Assembly: GCA_951406725.2 (NCBI GenBank)
Contig: OX597826.1
Span: forward strand, 78,740,001 to 78,804,000
Direction: 5' to 3'
DNA from: Octopus vulgaris
Taxonomy: Eukaryota
DNA: 64,000 bases
The position numbers and the translations under genes are program-made. This document shows positions 1 to 12,587 of the stretch, one piece after another (positions within the stretch are counted from its first letter, which is position 1; each line of letters opens with the position of its first letter). Below the pieces are notes generated by a model. The model was not told the DNA's origin, searched no databases, and saw only the letters and a list, made by a program, of their open reading frames with translations.

Positions 1-446
1 ACACACCACACAACGCATGATTCACACACACATACGCACACATACACACAACTACACACACAACAACAACAACAACAACAACACCAAGCATACGTACGCA
101 TACACAGGCGATACAACAGACATAACAAAACAAAATTTAACAATCACAAACAATATTTTAAATATATATATATATTTCTTTTTTTCTTTTTTCTTCTTTT
201 TTTTGGTTCTTTTCGAAAATATTAAAACGTTAAGAATCAAAGACAATAATAATATTTACAATATAAAGAATTGAAATTACAATTTGATAATTAATAATTT
301 CTACCGCCAATCCTGCACTTTGGAGAAAATGGCCGATTCTACTTAACGAAATTCCTGTTTACAATTAAAATAAGAAACGAAAGAATGGTTGCTGCCAAAC
401 CGCCATTACACGTTGAAAGGTCTTGGAATGAATTTTCCCTTGAAGC

Positions 447-835
447 AACCACCACCACCACAACTACCACTACCACAACCACCACCACCACAACTACCAC
501 CACAACCACAGCCACCACCTCTAGGACTAACCCCATTACTACAACTGATACTAACATCACCACCACTACCGCCGCTACCAGCGATATCACCAACATTAAC
601 ACCTTCGCCACCGCCACTTCCAACACCGCCACCACTTCTAGGGACTATCACCCACCACTACCACTACCATTTGCTAATACCATCTCCACCACCGCAACAA
701 TACCATCTACAACTACCACCGCCGCCACTGCTATCAACACAATCACCACCACCACCATCACAGCCACTTGTAGCACTGTCTCCACCAATATCACCACCAC
801 TACTACTACTACAAGTAACTGTAGAAGCAAATATT

Positions 836-891
<56 letters not shown>

Positions 892-1021
892 TAGTAAGAC
901 TATGCTAAATTCAACACCACTTTTAAGGCTATCTCTACTACTACTGCTCCTAAAGCTGGTATTACTACTACTACTACTACTACTACTATTACTACTACCA
1001 CTACTACTACTGCTGCTACCA
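447..1021. repeat. Low-complexity (ACC/ACT)n and (AGT)n trinucleotide microsatellite region
   Basis: Imperfect ACC/ACA runs and a pure (AGT)n tract at about 836-891; the overlapping ORFs are poly-T/P/S/V artefacts. Confidence 0.9.
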
Positions 1022-1924
1022 CAATAATCTCGCTGTTACCACTCCTCACAGAACATCAACTACCACTACGACTTCATCATTCGGCAGACGATGCCTTTTA
1101 TCCTATATACTCTCTTCCTCTCTCTCTCTCCCTCTCCCCCTCTCTCCTCCTCTCTCTTCTACTCTTCCTCTCTCTCTCTCTCTCTCTCTCTCCCTCTCTC
1201 TCTCCCTCTCTCTCTCATCATCCTCATCATCCTCTCCATCCACCCACCGCATTAACAAGACATCTCCAATGTTTCGCTTACATCCGATGTAAATCTTTAC
1301 TCCAAGTGACGATGGGCCGGGGGGAGGGGGCAGGGGAGAGGTGAGGACGATTGGGGGGGGGTCTTACTAGTCTTGATGTTGCTGTTGTTGTTGCTGTTAC
1401 TAGTTCTCCTATTGATGGTGTTGCTTGTTGTCGTTAGTGTTGGCGATGGTCGAAGTATTATCTGCTGTCAGTCGCGGCGGCGGTGGAGGGGATCGTCGTC
1501 GTGGCAGTGGTGATAATAGTGATGATGGTAATGATGGTGGTGTCTCATTTGAAGTGTTGATGGTGATGATGATGATGATGATGATGATGGTGATGGCAGC
1601 AACGGCGTTGGCTACACTTGTGATTGGGAGTAATGAGTTCGTATTAAGGCGTCGAATTGGTAGACTGCTGTGGGCAGGCATGAGCAACCTTTTACGAGAA
1701 GCGAGCCGCATGAGACCATGGATCATGATCAGGGGCGGGATGCGGTGTTGTAGATGGGGTTTCGGGTGGTTTGAATATCAGGCAGTTCATCATTCGATTT
1801 CTAATATCTCCCTCTGTCTCACTCATTTTCTCTCTCCCTCTCTCTCTCTCTCTCTTTCTCGGGCTTTCTCTCTTTCTTTCTCACTCCCTCGCTTCCTCTT
1901 CTTTTTCTCTCTCTAAATATAAAT

Positions 1925-2410
1925 GATGTGTGTGTGCGTGTGTTTGTGCATGTTTGTGTGTGTGTGTGAGTTTGTGTGTGCGCACGCACACGTGTGTGTG
2001 CTTGTGTGTGCGCGCGCGTGTGTCATATGCGTGTTTGTGTGTGTGTTTGCACGTTTGTATGTTTGCATGCATGTGTGTGTGTGCGGGTTTGTGCGTATGT
2101 GTGTCCCTGTTTGTATGTGTTTGTGAGCGTGTGTGTGTGCGTGTTTGTGTGTGTGTGTGTGTAGGCGTGTGTCCATGTTTGAATGTGTTTGTGAGCGTGT
2201 GTATGCGTGTTTGTGTGTGTGTGTGAGCGTGTGTGTGTGTATGCGTGTTTGTGTGTGTGTGTGTAGGTGTGTGTCCGTGTTTGAATGTGTTTGTGAGCGT
2301 GTGTGTGCGTGTTTGTATGTGTGTGTGAGCGTGTGATTGTGTGCGTGTGTGAGCGTGTTTGTATGTGTGTGTGCGCGCGTGTGTGTTTTGTGTTTGCGTG
2401 CTTGTGTGTG
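1925..2410. repeat. Degenerate (TG)n microsatellite with internal higher-order repeats
   Basis: Long TG-rich tract with the repeated motif gtttgaatgtgtttgtgagcgtgtg. Confidence 0.9.
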
Positions 2411-2524
2411 TTATAAATTTTGAATTATTTGGGGCTACGACGTAAGTCTGTTGCATGAAAGAGATAATTTCTAATACACTATATGGAAAAAAAATATGCG
2501 CCATCTTACCTCAGACCAAATCTT

Positions 2525-2568
2525 CCGCATAAAAATTTGTTTCGAGGACACTAACTCTCATCAGGCAG
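2525..2568 (-). ncRNA. Hammerhead-ribozyme-like motif (degenerate, type I)
   Basis: Minus strand reads CUGC-CUGAUGA-GAG(UUAGUGUC)CUC-GAAAC-AAAUUUUUA-UGCGG: intact CUGAUGA and GAAAC boxes and a 3-bp stem II; stem I/III register is imperfect. Confidence 0.45.
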
Positions 2569-2740
2569 TGTATAAATGTATCGACCATTCCGTGGGCAGC
2601 GGTCACATGGTGTGAAATAGGAAGTGAGTTGAAAAAATATGCAAACAAAAACAGGGACCCAACTGGATTAAACAGCTTTTCGGAGGAAAAGACAACAGTA
2701 AAGTGTTCAGAATGGAATAAGGCATGTACGTAGTAAAGAC

Positions 2741-3068
2741 TCCTTCGGTCACAAGTGACCATGGGATTGCACCTAGAAAGTTCCCTTCCTAGGCACAAGT
2801 CCGGAAAAGGTTGTTTACGGAAGATCAGCAGTCGCCCGTGCATACCAGACTGCCCTCTCCATGCCACCGATGTTATCCAAAGGAAAGGCAAAGGGGCCGA
2901 TACTGCTTAGCACCAGTGATGTCGCAATTCATTTCAACAGCTGAGTGAACAGGAGCAATGTGAAAGAAAGTGTTCTTGCTCAAGAACACGACACACAGCC
3001 CGGTCCGGGAATCGAACTCACTACCTCGTGATTGTGAGCCCGACGCTCTAACCACTGAGCCATGCACC
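2741..3068 (-). mobile_element. tRNA-derived SINE, family A
   Basis: Minus strand starts GGTGCATGGCTCAGTGGTTAGAGCG (A box) ... GAGTTCGATTCC (B box); body matches copies at 29680-30000 and 58173-58493. Confidence 0.9.
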
Positions 3069-3289
3069 TACACTGTGTACGTAACACACAGCGTACATTA
3101 CAATTGGTGTTGGCAGAGTATTTTTCACCGAAAGTGCTAAACAGTTGGATATACATAACGCATGCTTATGTGAGTTTGTGTGTGTGCTTGAGTGTAAGCA
3201 TGCATATTGGAATTTTAATCTTCATAAAAGGATGCGAAGTCTTTAACTTCCAATAAATATATTCTTCGTAATTCCATTTTTGTTTCTTA

Positions 3290-4680
3290 GCAAGAGAACT
3301 GATGGATCTCCTGCAATGTTGCGTAGAAAATCGGTTTTCTTAGCAAGAGTGTCAAATGTCAAGCTTGACACAAAGGAACTGCACTCTATGATCCACGTGT
3401 ATGTATTATATCCAAACACACTGCCTCCGGCTCTCAAAACCATTCTCGGTGATGCAGGAGGCATAGTGAAATTTGTGATATCTAATCCTCTGAACACAAG
3501 CATTTTGCGTTTGTTGTATCGAGAATTAAATACTTGAACAAGAGGCATTTTTGATTAACACAGGAGTAAGAGGGCTTTCAAGGCATAAAATGGTCGCTGG
3601 ATTTGCAGTGATGAAAGACAAACTGGGAGAATTCTTTTCGAGAAATCAAAAGGATAAATCAATCAAGTTTACAGATAAAATTTCTGACAGCAAATGGATG
3701 GCAAAGCTAACCTACCTGAATGCTATTTTCTTTCGACTCAATGCAGCCCATAAAGCATTTGAAGGCGAGTTGGCTGCTGCTGTACACTTCATCGACGGAT
3801 TAAAATCATTTCGGATGAAACTTGAATTGTGAAATGAAAAATAAAGTGAAAGCTGGTTGTTAGGACATTTTTGACAATATGAGTGGAAGCTTAAGATTGG
3901 TGGAAGCAAAAGACATTGAGGAAATCAGGGTGTCGGCCGAAAAGCATTTTGTTTTACTGCGTAGGAAATTAGATTACTATTTTCCTGAGATTAATAAATT
4001 GATTTATCAATTCATTCGACAAATTAATTTACAAGATTAATGTTGGGAATTCGCTTTGGTTATGAATGTTGGGAAATGACCGAAAGAGTCATTCTATCGC
4101 GAATACAAGAAGCCGAAATGGGACCCTTCCGAAAGGTCTCTGGAGTTACATTACACGTCAGGATGTGAAGCTCGGAGATCAGAGAGTCACTCCAAGTTGA
4201 GCTGCTATTTCATTATTGTGTGGAAGGGTCACAGCTCCAATATTATGGACACGTCGTAGGGAAGAATCACAAGATGGAATCTTCAAGCCAAGTCATCAAG
4301 GAGAGGGGACCTGGGAGTAGACACCAAAAGCAAGATGTTTGAATAATATCCATAATCTCAGTTTGTCACACTTGGCAATCAGGCTGGAAAGTGTGATGAA
4401 TATTGTTTCTGATTGGACCCAATGGAGGAGGTGCTTGAGAACTCAAATGAAGTTTCGGGAATTTATAAATGATGCCACAACAAAGCATTTCTTTGAAACT
4501 TCTTCCTAACCAAATTCTGGTGTCCCATGGTGAATTCTAACCCATCTGTTTCTAGAAGATGTGAGGAAAACCTTTCGATATTTCCATGCACTGATCGTTG
4601 TAAAGAAGGGTCTTCCACAATGTTTATAATCGAAAAGAACCAGGTAAATCACTCTAATCCTAATCCTAGATTTGAGTCAT
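3290..4680 (+). pseudogene. Degenerate hAT (Buster/Charlie-like) transposase relic, interrupted by an RTE fragment
   Basis: HSMIHVYVLYPNTLPPALKTIL..IVKFVISNPLN..LINTGVRGLS resembles the hAT CxxH...VNFIK.RPLN...HTEVRWLS motifs; W.AKL.YL..IF; a C-terminal dimerisation-like segment (KFWC..PC..CKEG.S) lies at about 4450-4650; stops and frameshifts present. Confidence 0.75.
4045..4440 (+). mobile_element. RTE-clade LINE 3' fragment inserted in the hAT relic
   Basis: Translates as GYECW..., AEMG..RKVSGVTL..RM*SSEIRESLQVE...SQLQYYGHV, typical of the RTE ORF C-terminus. Confidence 0.65.
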
Positions 4681-5189
4681 GGGTTAGACTGATCTGGGCC
4701 CATTAATCTCATTAAAAAATTTGGCATTGAATTAAATGAAGCTGCTTTTTGCGTAATCTCAAGGAAGAGAAAAGTCAACCCCCCAGTACTTGACCAAAAG
4801 GATGAAATGCAAAATTAACCACGGGGGTATTTGAAGTCTTTGAATTGTATTAGTACCAAATAATATGTGTCTATTGTCTGTTATATGGTACCCAGTCATT
4901 ATACACCATGTTCTTCGTACCAACAGTACCAGGCATGGTGAAGGGGCACCTTGAAAAATATAGTTTGCTCTATGGCGTGGCTTAACCTGCTAGAAATAGC
5001 TACTAAATCTATCAAAGAACATTCAAATCTTGAAAACAGGAAGAGCACATTAGATAATGTACTCTCAGATAAACCACACCAGATGGAATGGTCACAGCTA
5101 GAATATCATTGATAATGGGGCTGACCAGTGGCTAAACAACGATAACATACAATTATATACAACTATACACGCACGTACACACACAGACA

Positions 5190-5245
<56 letters not shown>

Positions 5246-5477
5246 TACCAATATACACGCTTTTAGACCAACAAAGAGAAATGAAAGAAATATTGATTTC
5301 TAAACTTGGCACTTGTCCAGCAATTTTGTCGGAATGAGTATGATAGATTAAATCGATCGCAATATTTGACTAGGACTTTATTTTATTCATCCTGAAAAAT
5401 AAGAGGAAAAAATACTCCGACGGTATTTGAACTCACATCGTAAAGGAAAGAAATACAGGGTGTCCATAAATTATCTT

Positions 5478-6036
5478 TACAAGTGAGTCAAAGAGTAATG
5501 CTATTTTGTTTAGGACAGGTATAATTACCAACACAGGAACATGTATCATACATCAAAATGAAGCTGGTCCTCTGTGGATCACATCCCTACTTCTCAACAT
5601 AGTCGCAGTCTCTCTCAGTAGCAATGTTGCACCTTTGAATGAGAGCATGTATCCCTGCCTTGTAAAATTCTGTTGACTGTTCTTTGAGCCACTTCTTCAC
5701 TACAGTTTTCACTTCCTCGTCACTGGAATAATTTAACGCCTTCAGACTATTATCACTTCGGCCCCATGAAAGAGAATTTGAGAGGCAAACATTATTCCAG
5801 TGACGAGGATGTGAAAACTGTAGTGAAGAAGTGGCTCAAAGAACAGTTAACAGAATTTTACAAGGCAGGGATACATGCTCTCATTCGAAGGTGGAACATT
5901 GCTATTGAGAGAAACGGTGACTATGTTGAGAAGTAGGGATGTGATCCACAGAGGACCAGCTTCATTTTGATGTATGATACATGTTTCTGTGTTGGTGATT
6001 TAAACAAAATAGCGTTGCCTTTTGACTACCCCCGTA
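5478..6036. mobile_element. Mariner-derived foldback element built from two inverted 3' ends
   Basis: 5480-5732 is the reverse complement of 5791-6034; 5733-5936 encodes LTPSDYYHFGPMKENLRGKHYSSDEDVKTVVKKWLKEQ...GIHALIRRWNIAIERNGDYVEK*, the mariner transposase C-terminus; TA at both ends. Confidence 0.9.
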
Positions 6037-6039
6037 TTA

Positions 6040-6545
6040 CACTAATGCCTCGACTATCCCGAGTGTTACGTTCCAAAACACCACGTGACAGGAGATAATC
6101 CACGAAGTAGAAACAGTACTGTACTGTATATTCTTTTATTTTTATATTTTGTATGTATTTATTTTCTTTTTTTTTATATATTCACTCTTTTATAAACTCT
6201 CCCACACACTCTTATGAGTTCCGTTTTCCATACACTATGTGTGATTCTCTGTTCACTCATCTACAGCACAACACGACGTATTTTCTTTTAATATATTCTA
6301 ATTAATCTGTTCTTACAGTCTCCAGTACTGTATTTCTATTTATTAATTTATTAATTTTTTTGGCGTGAAAATGCTTATTTTACCACAGAAATATTTAAAA
6401 TCTAAAAACAAATACAAATACCTATCAGCCGCAGAAACCCGCGACATATTGAAGAGTCCGCGATATAAATTTACATGTTAGCCAGAAAAATCCGCGATGT
6501 ACTGAGGGTACGATAGGTGAACCGCGATATGGCGAGGGGTTACTG
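6040..6545. mobile_element. pogo/Tigger-like MITE
   Basis: Left end CACTAATGCCTCGACTATC versus right end (reverse complement) CAGTAACCCCTCGCCATATC; repeated subterminal CCGCGA motifs; AT-rich interior. Confidence 0.6.
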
Positions 6546-7248
6546 CAATATAATTATTGTAACAACCTGACGTCACCCTCGAGGATAAAAGAATACTCTC
6601 ACCATTCCTCATTATATGACGAGAAACGCTCTTGTATTAGATAAGGTCTGTGAGAAAAGGAGTTTGTTTCTCAGTCATATGGTTACGGGTTCAGTCTCAT
6701 TGCGTGGCACCTTTCACATTTCATCGTACAGCTGTATAATCAGGACTGATCTAGAGTTTAACAACAATAAACAAGTTTACTTCGAGCCAACAAGAGAAGG
6801 CCTCTGTGCAATCATTCCTCATGCTGGAAATAGCAACCAAATTTCACTCAAATCACATCCTTCTGTCTCAAATTAGTAAATTATACACTGAACAATGTAC
6901 TCCTATATACACCTTCGGCTGTCGACTCCTGATACAGTTGTAGAAACACCGTGGCATCGTGACATATGGCACCTGGCCATCACAGAGACCCTTCTTCAGA
7001 TCTGACCGCAGAAAACGAACGAGAGAGAGGGGGTGAGGAGAGAAAGAGAGAAAAAGAGGGAGTGGATGAAGTATAACTCTCAGTAATAGATTGGTATTTT
7101 ATTTATCGGACACGAAAAGATGGAAGGAAACGTTGACCTCGGTGAAATGCGAAATCAGATTACAGCAAGGCATTCTCTGCGACAATCCAACTGTTCTGCC
7201 TATTCGACCCCTAGTCGTATAGATCTATAGAAATTGAGATTATATATA

Positions 7249-7305
<57 letters not shown>

Positions 7306-8231
7306 ACAATCCAACATACCCCCATCATCAGCTGCCCCACGGATATCATTATGGTTTCGTCACCTGGTCAGTACCATTCAATCCAGCAATGTCAACAGCA
7401 CTAAAATAAGTGTTGTTTGGGAACAAACATACATATGTGTGTATGAACGTATGTATATATACAGGCATACATACATGCACGCATACACCTGTGTACATAT
7501 ATATACACATATATGAATGTATGTAGGTGTGTTTGTATGTATGTTTATGTGTGCATATTACATAAACTAGGAGAAAACCTCCCGGCGGGGAGAGTGTTTC
7601 TCCTAGTTTTATCGGTTGTTGGACGTTAGATAGTTAAAAAGACATCATTTATTTCTGTCGAAGACAAATATCAGGTGACTGGCGAGGTGGGGGGTGAGGG
7701 TGGGTGATAATAAACATCGAAATAAACTAGAAACGACAGAAGACATGAAAAATGCAAAAATACGTTTCTTAACATCAAATAATCAACAACAACAAAAAAA
7801 AACAAAAAGTAAAAATACTTCTCTCAACTGTAAAGATGAAACGAGAGAAGAATACGTTTATTGACAGATACTCGAAGCTAAAAATAAATCATGAAATATT
7901 GTGGTTGATCGAGGGACTTGGTTGACTGTATGGAATCGGATTTTGACTCCTTTTGTAGAATTACGGTTTTTATCCTTTTACATTTTGTCTTTCTTTTCTG
8001 AAAACAACAAGTGACCTTTTAAAGGCGACTGAGATGCTAAGGAATGCCCACTTTAATAAATGTTGCTATGAGATAAAGAGGAAGCCTGATCGTTTGGTGT
8101 TGGTTTGTTGCTTTATCTTTTCAGTAGACTATTTGTTGGTTTATCTTTATAATAGACTCGAAGCGGCTTCTGATTTATATGTTTCTTCCAGTAGAACGAA
8201 TTCTTTTACAATAGAACGTTTTTCATATTAA

Positions 8232-8686
8232 TTTTTCAAAAGTCAATTCCGGGTGTTGTTTTACAGAATGGAAACCCCAAGACATTGAAGTCTTTGGCAG
8301 ATGCACAGAAGAATACACATTCCTAATAGTAGCCAACGAAGGAACCCCTATCTGGTGTCTCGCCCTATGAGAAACAGCAGCCAAATCTCCCTCAAATTAC
8401 ATCTTACCATTTTAACCGAGATATTTTCTTGTTTTTGTTTCAAACCATACGAGGGTCATTTTTCAAAAGTCAATTCCGGGTGTTATTTTACAGAATGGAA
8501 ACCCCAAGACATTGAACTCTTTGGCAGATGCACAAAAGGATACACTTTCCAAATAGTAGCCAACGAAGGAACCCCTATCTGGTGTCTCGACCTAGGAGAA
8601 ACAGCAGCCAAATCTCCCTCAAATTACATCTTACCATTTTAACCGAGATATTTTCTTGTTTTTGTTTCAAACCTTACGAGGGTCAT
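8232..8686. repeat. Tandem direct duplication, 227-bp period, two diverged copies
   Basis: gtcaattccgggtg occurs at 8242 and 8469; both units end acgagggtcat (8459, 8686). Confidence 0.95.
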
Positions 8687-9479
8687 ATCCCCGAAGCAGT
8701 TCTTTACCACAATATATATTTTTAGATAACCCTGGTTGAGCCTTGAAAATGAAAGGGAGATTATTTTTTCCAATTATAGAGTTGCGCCCGGTGCCGCTTT
8801 AGGAGCAGTTGCCTCCGAGTTTTGTTGTTTCTTTTTGGTTTTGTTTTTTTTCTTGCTCATTTAGACAGAAAACCGCTGAATGGTTTTTACTCCCATTTAT
8901 GTAGCAATTGGGCCTTGTTGCTTCGCTGCTTAGACTTAAGGTCTTCCTCTCAGCGCGCGCTACAAAGCACAACTCGTAGTCATGAGAGTTTGTATGTCCG
9001 TTGGAGGTCCCGATATTGACTGTTGGAGGTCCCGATATTTTTTTTTTTTTTTGTTACTTCCTTAATATTATGAAACCAGTTTATAGGAAAGTGTGTCCTG
9101 TACAATTTGGGTTTGCACTTTACCCCCCCCCCCCCATTCCGTCCTCTCTCTTTGAAGACGACACAAATAACATACACTTTCCTTCTTCCAATGAGCAAAA
9201 ATTCCCTCAATTATCTGCGAGAACTTCCTCCAGTTGTTCCATGAATGAAACAAGGAACATTAGAATTTTAGTACTAGGGCGATGACCTGCCGCAGCTCTC
9301 AGCAGACATTTTCAAAAACTGCAAATATCCGATAACAACGACTGTGTTGTGCTCGACATTAAGTTAGAGTAAGTGAGCAAATCTTTAACTTTGAATGGTC
9401 TAACCAATGAGCAAACTTCTACTGCATCTGGTTACTGAAGCGAAGGATTTCAGGTTCTGTGAACCGAGAAGCGATACGC

Positions 9480-9910
9480 TGTTGAAGAATAGCACAAAGG
9501 GGGCGCAATACATAATTTTGCCATTTCATAGCCATAACTTAACTGAATTTAGAGTTTTAAGACTTTAAAGAAGACGCAAGCACAAAGACTGGCGCTTGTT
9601 GTTAGTAGTGTAAACGAGGAAGCACAGAGATGCACGATTCCAAAAAGGTCCTTTTTATAACAACCGCCACCTCATGTAATACATCTTAAAGAAAATGGAT
9701 AACAAACCTGATTCCGGTGGGGCTTTGATCAATTTTCGACAATATCGATTATCATTACACAGCCGCTCTCCTCAAAGCAGTCAGTTTCCTTCCCGTTTGC
9801 AGAGGCAGAATTGCTTCAATGTGCAACGCCATCGGCTCGGTGATCTGAGTAAATGACCACACAGCGGAACCGTTTCGAATCACTTGCTAGGTCCACAAGG
9901 GTCTCCTAAA
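9480..9910 (+). pseudogene. Degenerate L1/Tx1-like reverse transcriptase fragment
   Basis: Frameshifted remnants RLALVV..EAQ.C.IPKRS..NN.HLM, GALINF, FDNIDYHY.AALLKA, VNDHTAEPFRIT..VHKG, matching RT domains around KAFDRVDH and RQGCPLSP; similar relic at 17510-17970. Confidence 0.65.
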
Positions 9911-9981
9911 AGTCAACGTGTGCCAACATTCTAAAGAAATACGACATGGTGACAGAAGCAAAGATAAACCAGAACAAGCCC

Positions 9982-10170
9982 GTTGGTACTTGGCTTGCCA
10001 GTCGGCAGTTGGCTTGCCAGTCGGCAGTTGGCTTGCCAGTCGGCAGTTGGCTTTCTAGTTGGCAGTTGACTTGCCAGTTGGCAGTTGGCAGTTGGCTTGC
10101 CAGTCGGCACTTGGCTTGCCGGTTGGCAGTTGGTTTGCCAGTCGGCAGTTGGCTTGCCAGTTGGCTTGCA
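9982..10170. repeat. 19-bp minisatellite (cagttggcttgccagtcgg)n
   Basis: About ten imperfect tandem units. Confidence 0.9.
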
Positions 10171-10576
10171 GCTCTGTTGATGGAAATGCAATTCTAGATT
10201 AAATTAACGTGTAACTGGTTGAGTATTCCACAGATAAGTTTATTCTTAACGTCATTTCAAAACCGAATCAGCGTATGACAAAAGCGGCTTTTCAATTACT
10301 TGTACGAACCATTCAACAGGCTTCCATGCAGTTTCCTACTATTCCGTTCTGCTCACAAAGATTAAGATAAGCCGAAGTTCTGGTAAAGATACTTGCTCAA
10401 GGTGTCATGCAGTGTGATCGTGTCCAGGATTTCATGATTGCAAACCATTCAGACATAGCTCTGTCCAAAGTGAAACGCATGCGCATGCATACACAACGGA
10501 GAGATAGGTAGATAGATATATATACATATGTATGTATATTATTTACATTATTTACATTTGACGGATATAGAAATAC

Positions 10577-10610
<34 letters not shown>

Positions 10611-10804
10611 ATATATATATGTATATATGTATGTATATATATATATGTATGTATATATATATATACATATATATATAAATATATTATGTATTTTTTTATT
10701 TTTTTATTTTTATAAATATATATACAGATATATACACACATACACATTAATATACATATAGGTATATATTTATATTTATACACATACATGATATAATATG
10801 TGAA

Positions 10805-11104
10805 GGCGCGTGGCTTAGTGGTTAGGGCATTTGGCTCTATATCGTATGGTCGTAAGTTCAATTCCCGACGGTGCATTGTGTCTTGAGCAAGACACTTTAT
10901 TTCACACTGTTCCGCTCCACTCAGCTGGCAAAAATGAGTTGTACTTGTAATTCAAAGGGGCCAGCCTTGTCACACTCTGTGTCACGCTGAATCTCCCTGA
11001 GAACTACGTTAAGGGTACTCGCGACTGTGGAGTGCTCAGCCGCTTGCACGTTAATTTCACGAGCTTGCTGTTCCCTTGATCGTATCAGCTGGTCGTCGTA
11101 ACCG
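10805..11104 (+). mobile_element. tRNA-derived SINE, family A-related subfamily
   Basis: GGCGCGTGGCTTAGTGGTTAG A box, GTTCAATTCC B box, core GTCTTGAGCAAGACACTT; homologous to 31992-32325 and 45133-45445. Confidence 0.85.
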
Positions 11105-11129
11105 TGTGCTCCTATATATATATATATAT

Positions 11130-11212
<83 letters not shown>

Positions 11213-11259
11213 GTGTGTGTAACCTCGTTAGTACCGTTAGTACCAGCGTTAGCACCAGC

Positions 11260-11439
11260 GATTTTTTTCCTCTGTCTTCCCTTCTCGAGATCTTTCCTTC
11301 TCTTATGTTTCCGACGAAGAGCTCCGCTCGAAACGTTAAACCCTCCTTCTTCCCTTCTTTCCTGAGCGTCCAATAATACTTTATTTGTTCCACGTCCTCG
11401 CGTTGTTGTGTTTTTTTTTGTGTTTTCTTGTTTGGATTA

Positions 11440-11443
<4 letters not shown>
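11260..11443 (+). mobile_element. Short pyrimidine-rich repeat family E1 carrying a minimal hammerhead-like motif (putative Penelope pLTR derivative)
   Basis: Near-identical to 20030-20212, with a tail fragment at about 54795-54866 (-); motif at 11307-11341 reads GUUU-CCGACGA-A-GAGC(UCC)GCUC-GAAAC-GUU-AAAC; flanked by (TA)n. Confidence 0.75.
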
Positions 11444-11513
<70 letters not shown>

Positions 11514-11879
11514 TACACTTATATACATATAGATGGATAGACAGATATGTTAAAGTTTTCTTTTATGTTCAGTTATAATAAAACAAATTTCAAGCTAACG
11601 TGATGCTTTACTCTCTACTTCTGTAGAGTACAAATTTATTATTCTTAAATAAGAATATGATCGACAGTGACTTCAAAGTTTCGGCCTTAACTGGCTGAAT
11701 CTTCGAAGTCACTATTTAAGAATAATTATTCTATATATGTATATACACGCGCGCGCGCGTGTGTGTGCGTGTGTGTATGTGTGTGTGTGTGTAAAAAATA
11801 CGTATCTACATATGTAAAAAGCGCAGAGAAGTTCGATTCTGGTAGTTATTGTACACATAATTTTAAAACTCAACTTAGT

Positions 11880-12483
11880 CACAGATAAAACGACAGCAAG
11901 CTAAATTTTGGTTCTCCGTCGATTGGAAAGGAGATCATCCTTCGCGTTTGTGCTTGTTCTGTAGCTATAAAATGCCAGACAAACCAATGTACTTCTTCGT
12001 AAGTTCAATAGGCATCTCAAATCTAAACACTCCTACCTTCAAGGAAAAGATTCAAATTATTTTAAAAGATTCCGCAGAACATCAAACAAAACAGGCAAAT
12101 AGTCTGGCAAAAAGTATCTGTAACAGTTTCTGCAAAAGGTCAACTTTCTTCGTATGAAATATCTGTATGATTGCACACACAGGGGAAAAAACAAATGTAG
12201 TCACGTACTTAGACGAAGTCAATTATCTTGCTTTGCATAGAGACATTTTAAGACAATGCTAGATCAAACAGAACGAGAAATGCGTAAAATTCCTCTCTCA
12301 CATGGTACAGGCCGCGGATGCGTTTTGGAGTTGTCTGCTGACATCGACAAAAATGTCGGCCGTAATAAGCTCCGACATTACAAGTTGATGAATCAAGAAG
12401 ACATTGCCAACAAGACGCGGCTATTGGCATTCATTCCGTTTTATTGATGGAGATCAAATACCAAATCAGTTTCTGTTGTTGCT

Positions 12484-12515
<32 letters not shown>

Positions 12516-12523
12516 TGTAGTAT

Positions 12524-12587
<64 letters not shown>

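Noticed and set aside
385-1027. Thr-rich (mucin-like) or Pro-rich (extensin-like) ORFs
   Set aside because: Several frames on both strands are open only because of ACC/ACT repeats; no signal peptide, domain or splice support
7563-7608. Small hairpins (also about 56160-56214) as miRNA precursors or terminators
   Set aside because: No match to conserved miRNAs that I recognise; more likely MITE remnants
9982-10170. CRISPR-like array
   Set aside because: Units are directly tandem with no unique spacers, there are no cas genes, and the context is eukaryotic
11664-11714. Hairpin with GAAAC and a UCGAAGA box on the minus strand
   Set aside because: Core too degenerate, and single copy in the window
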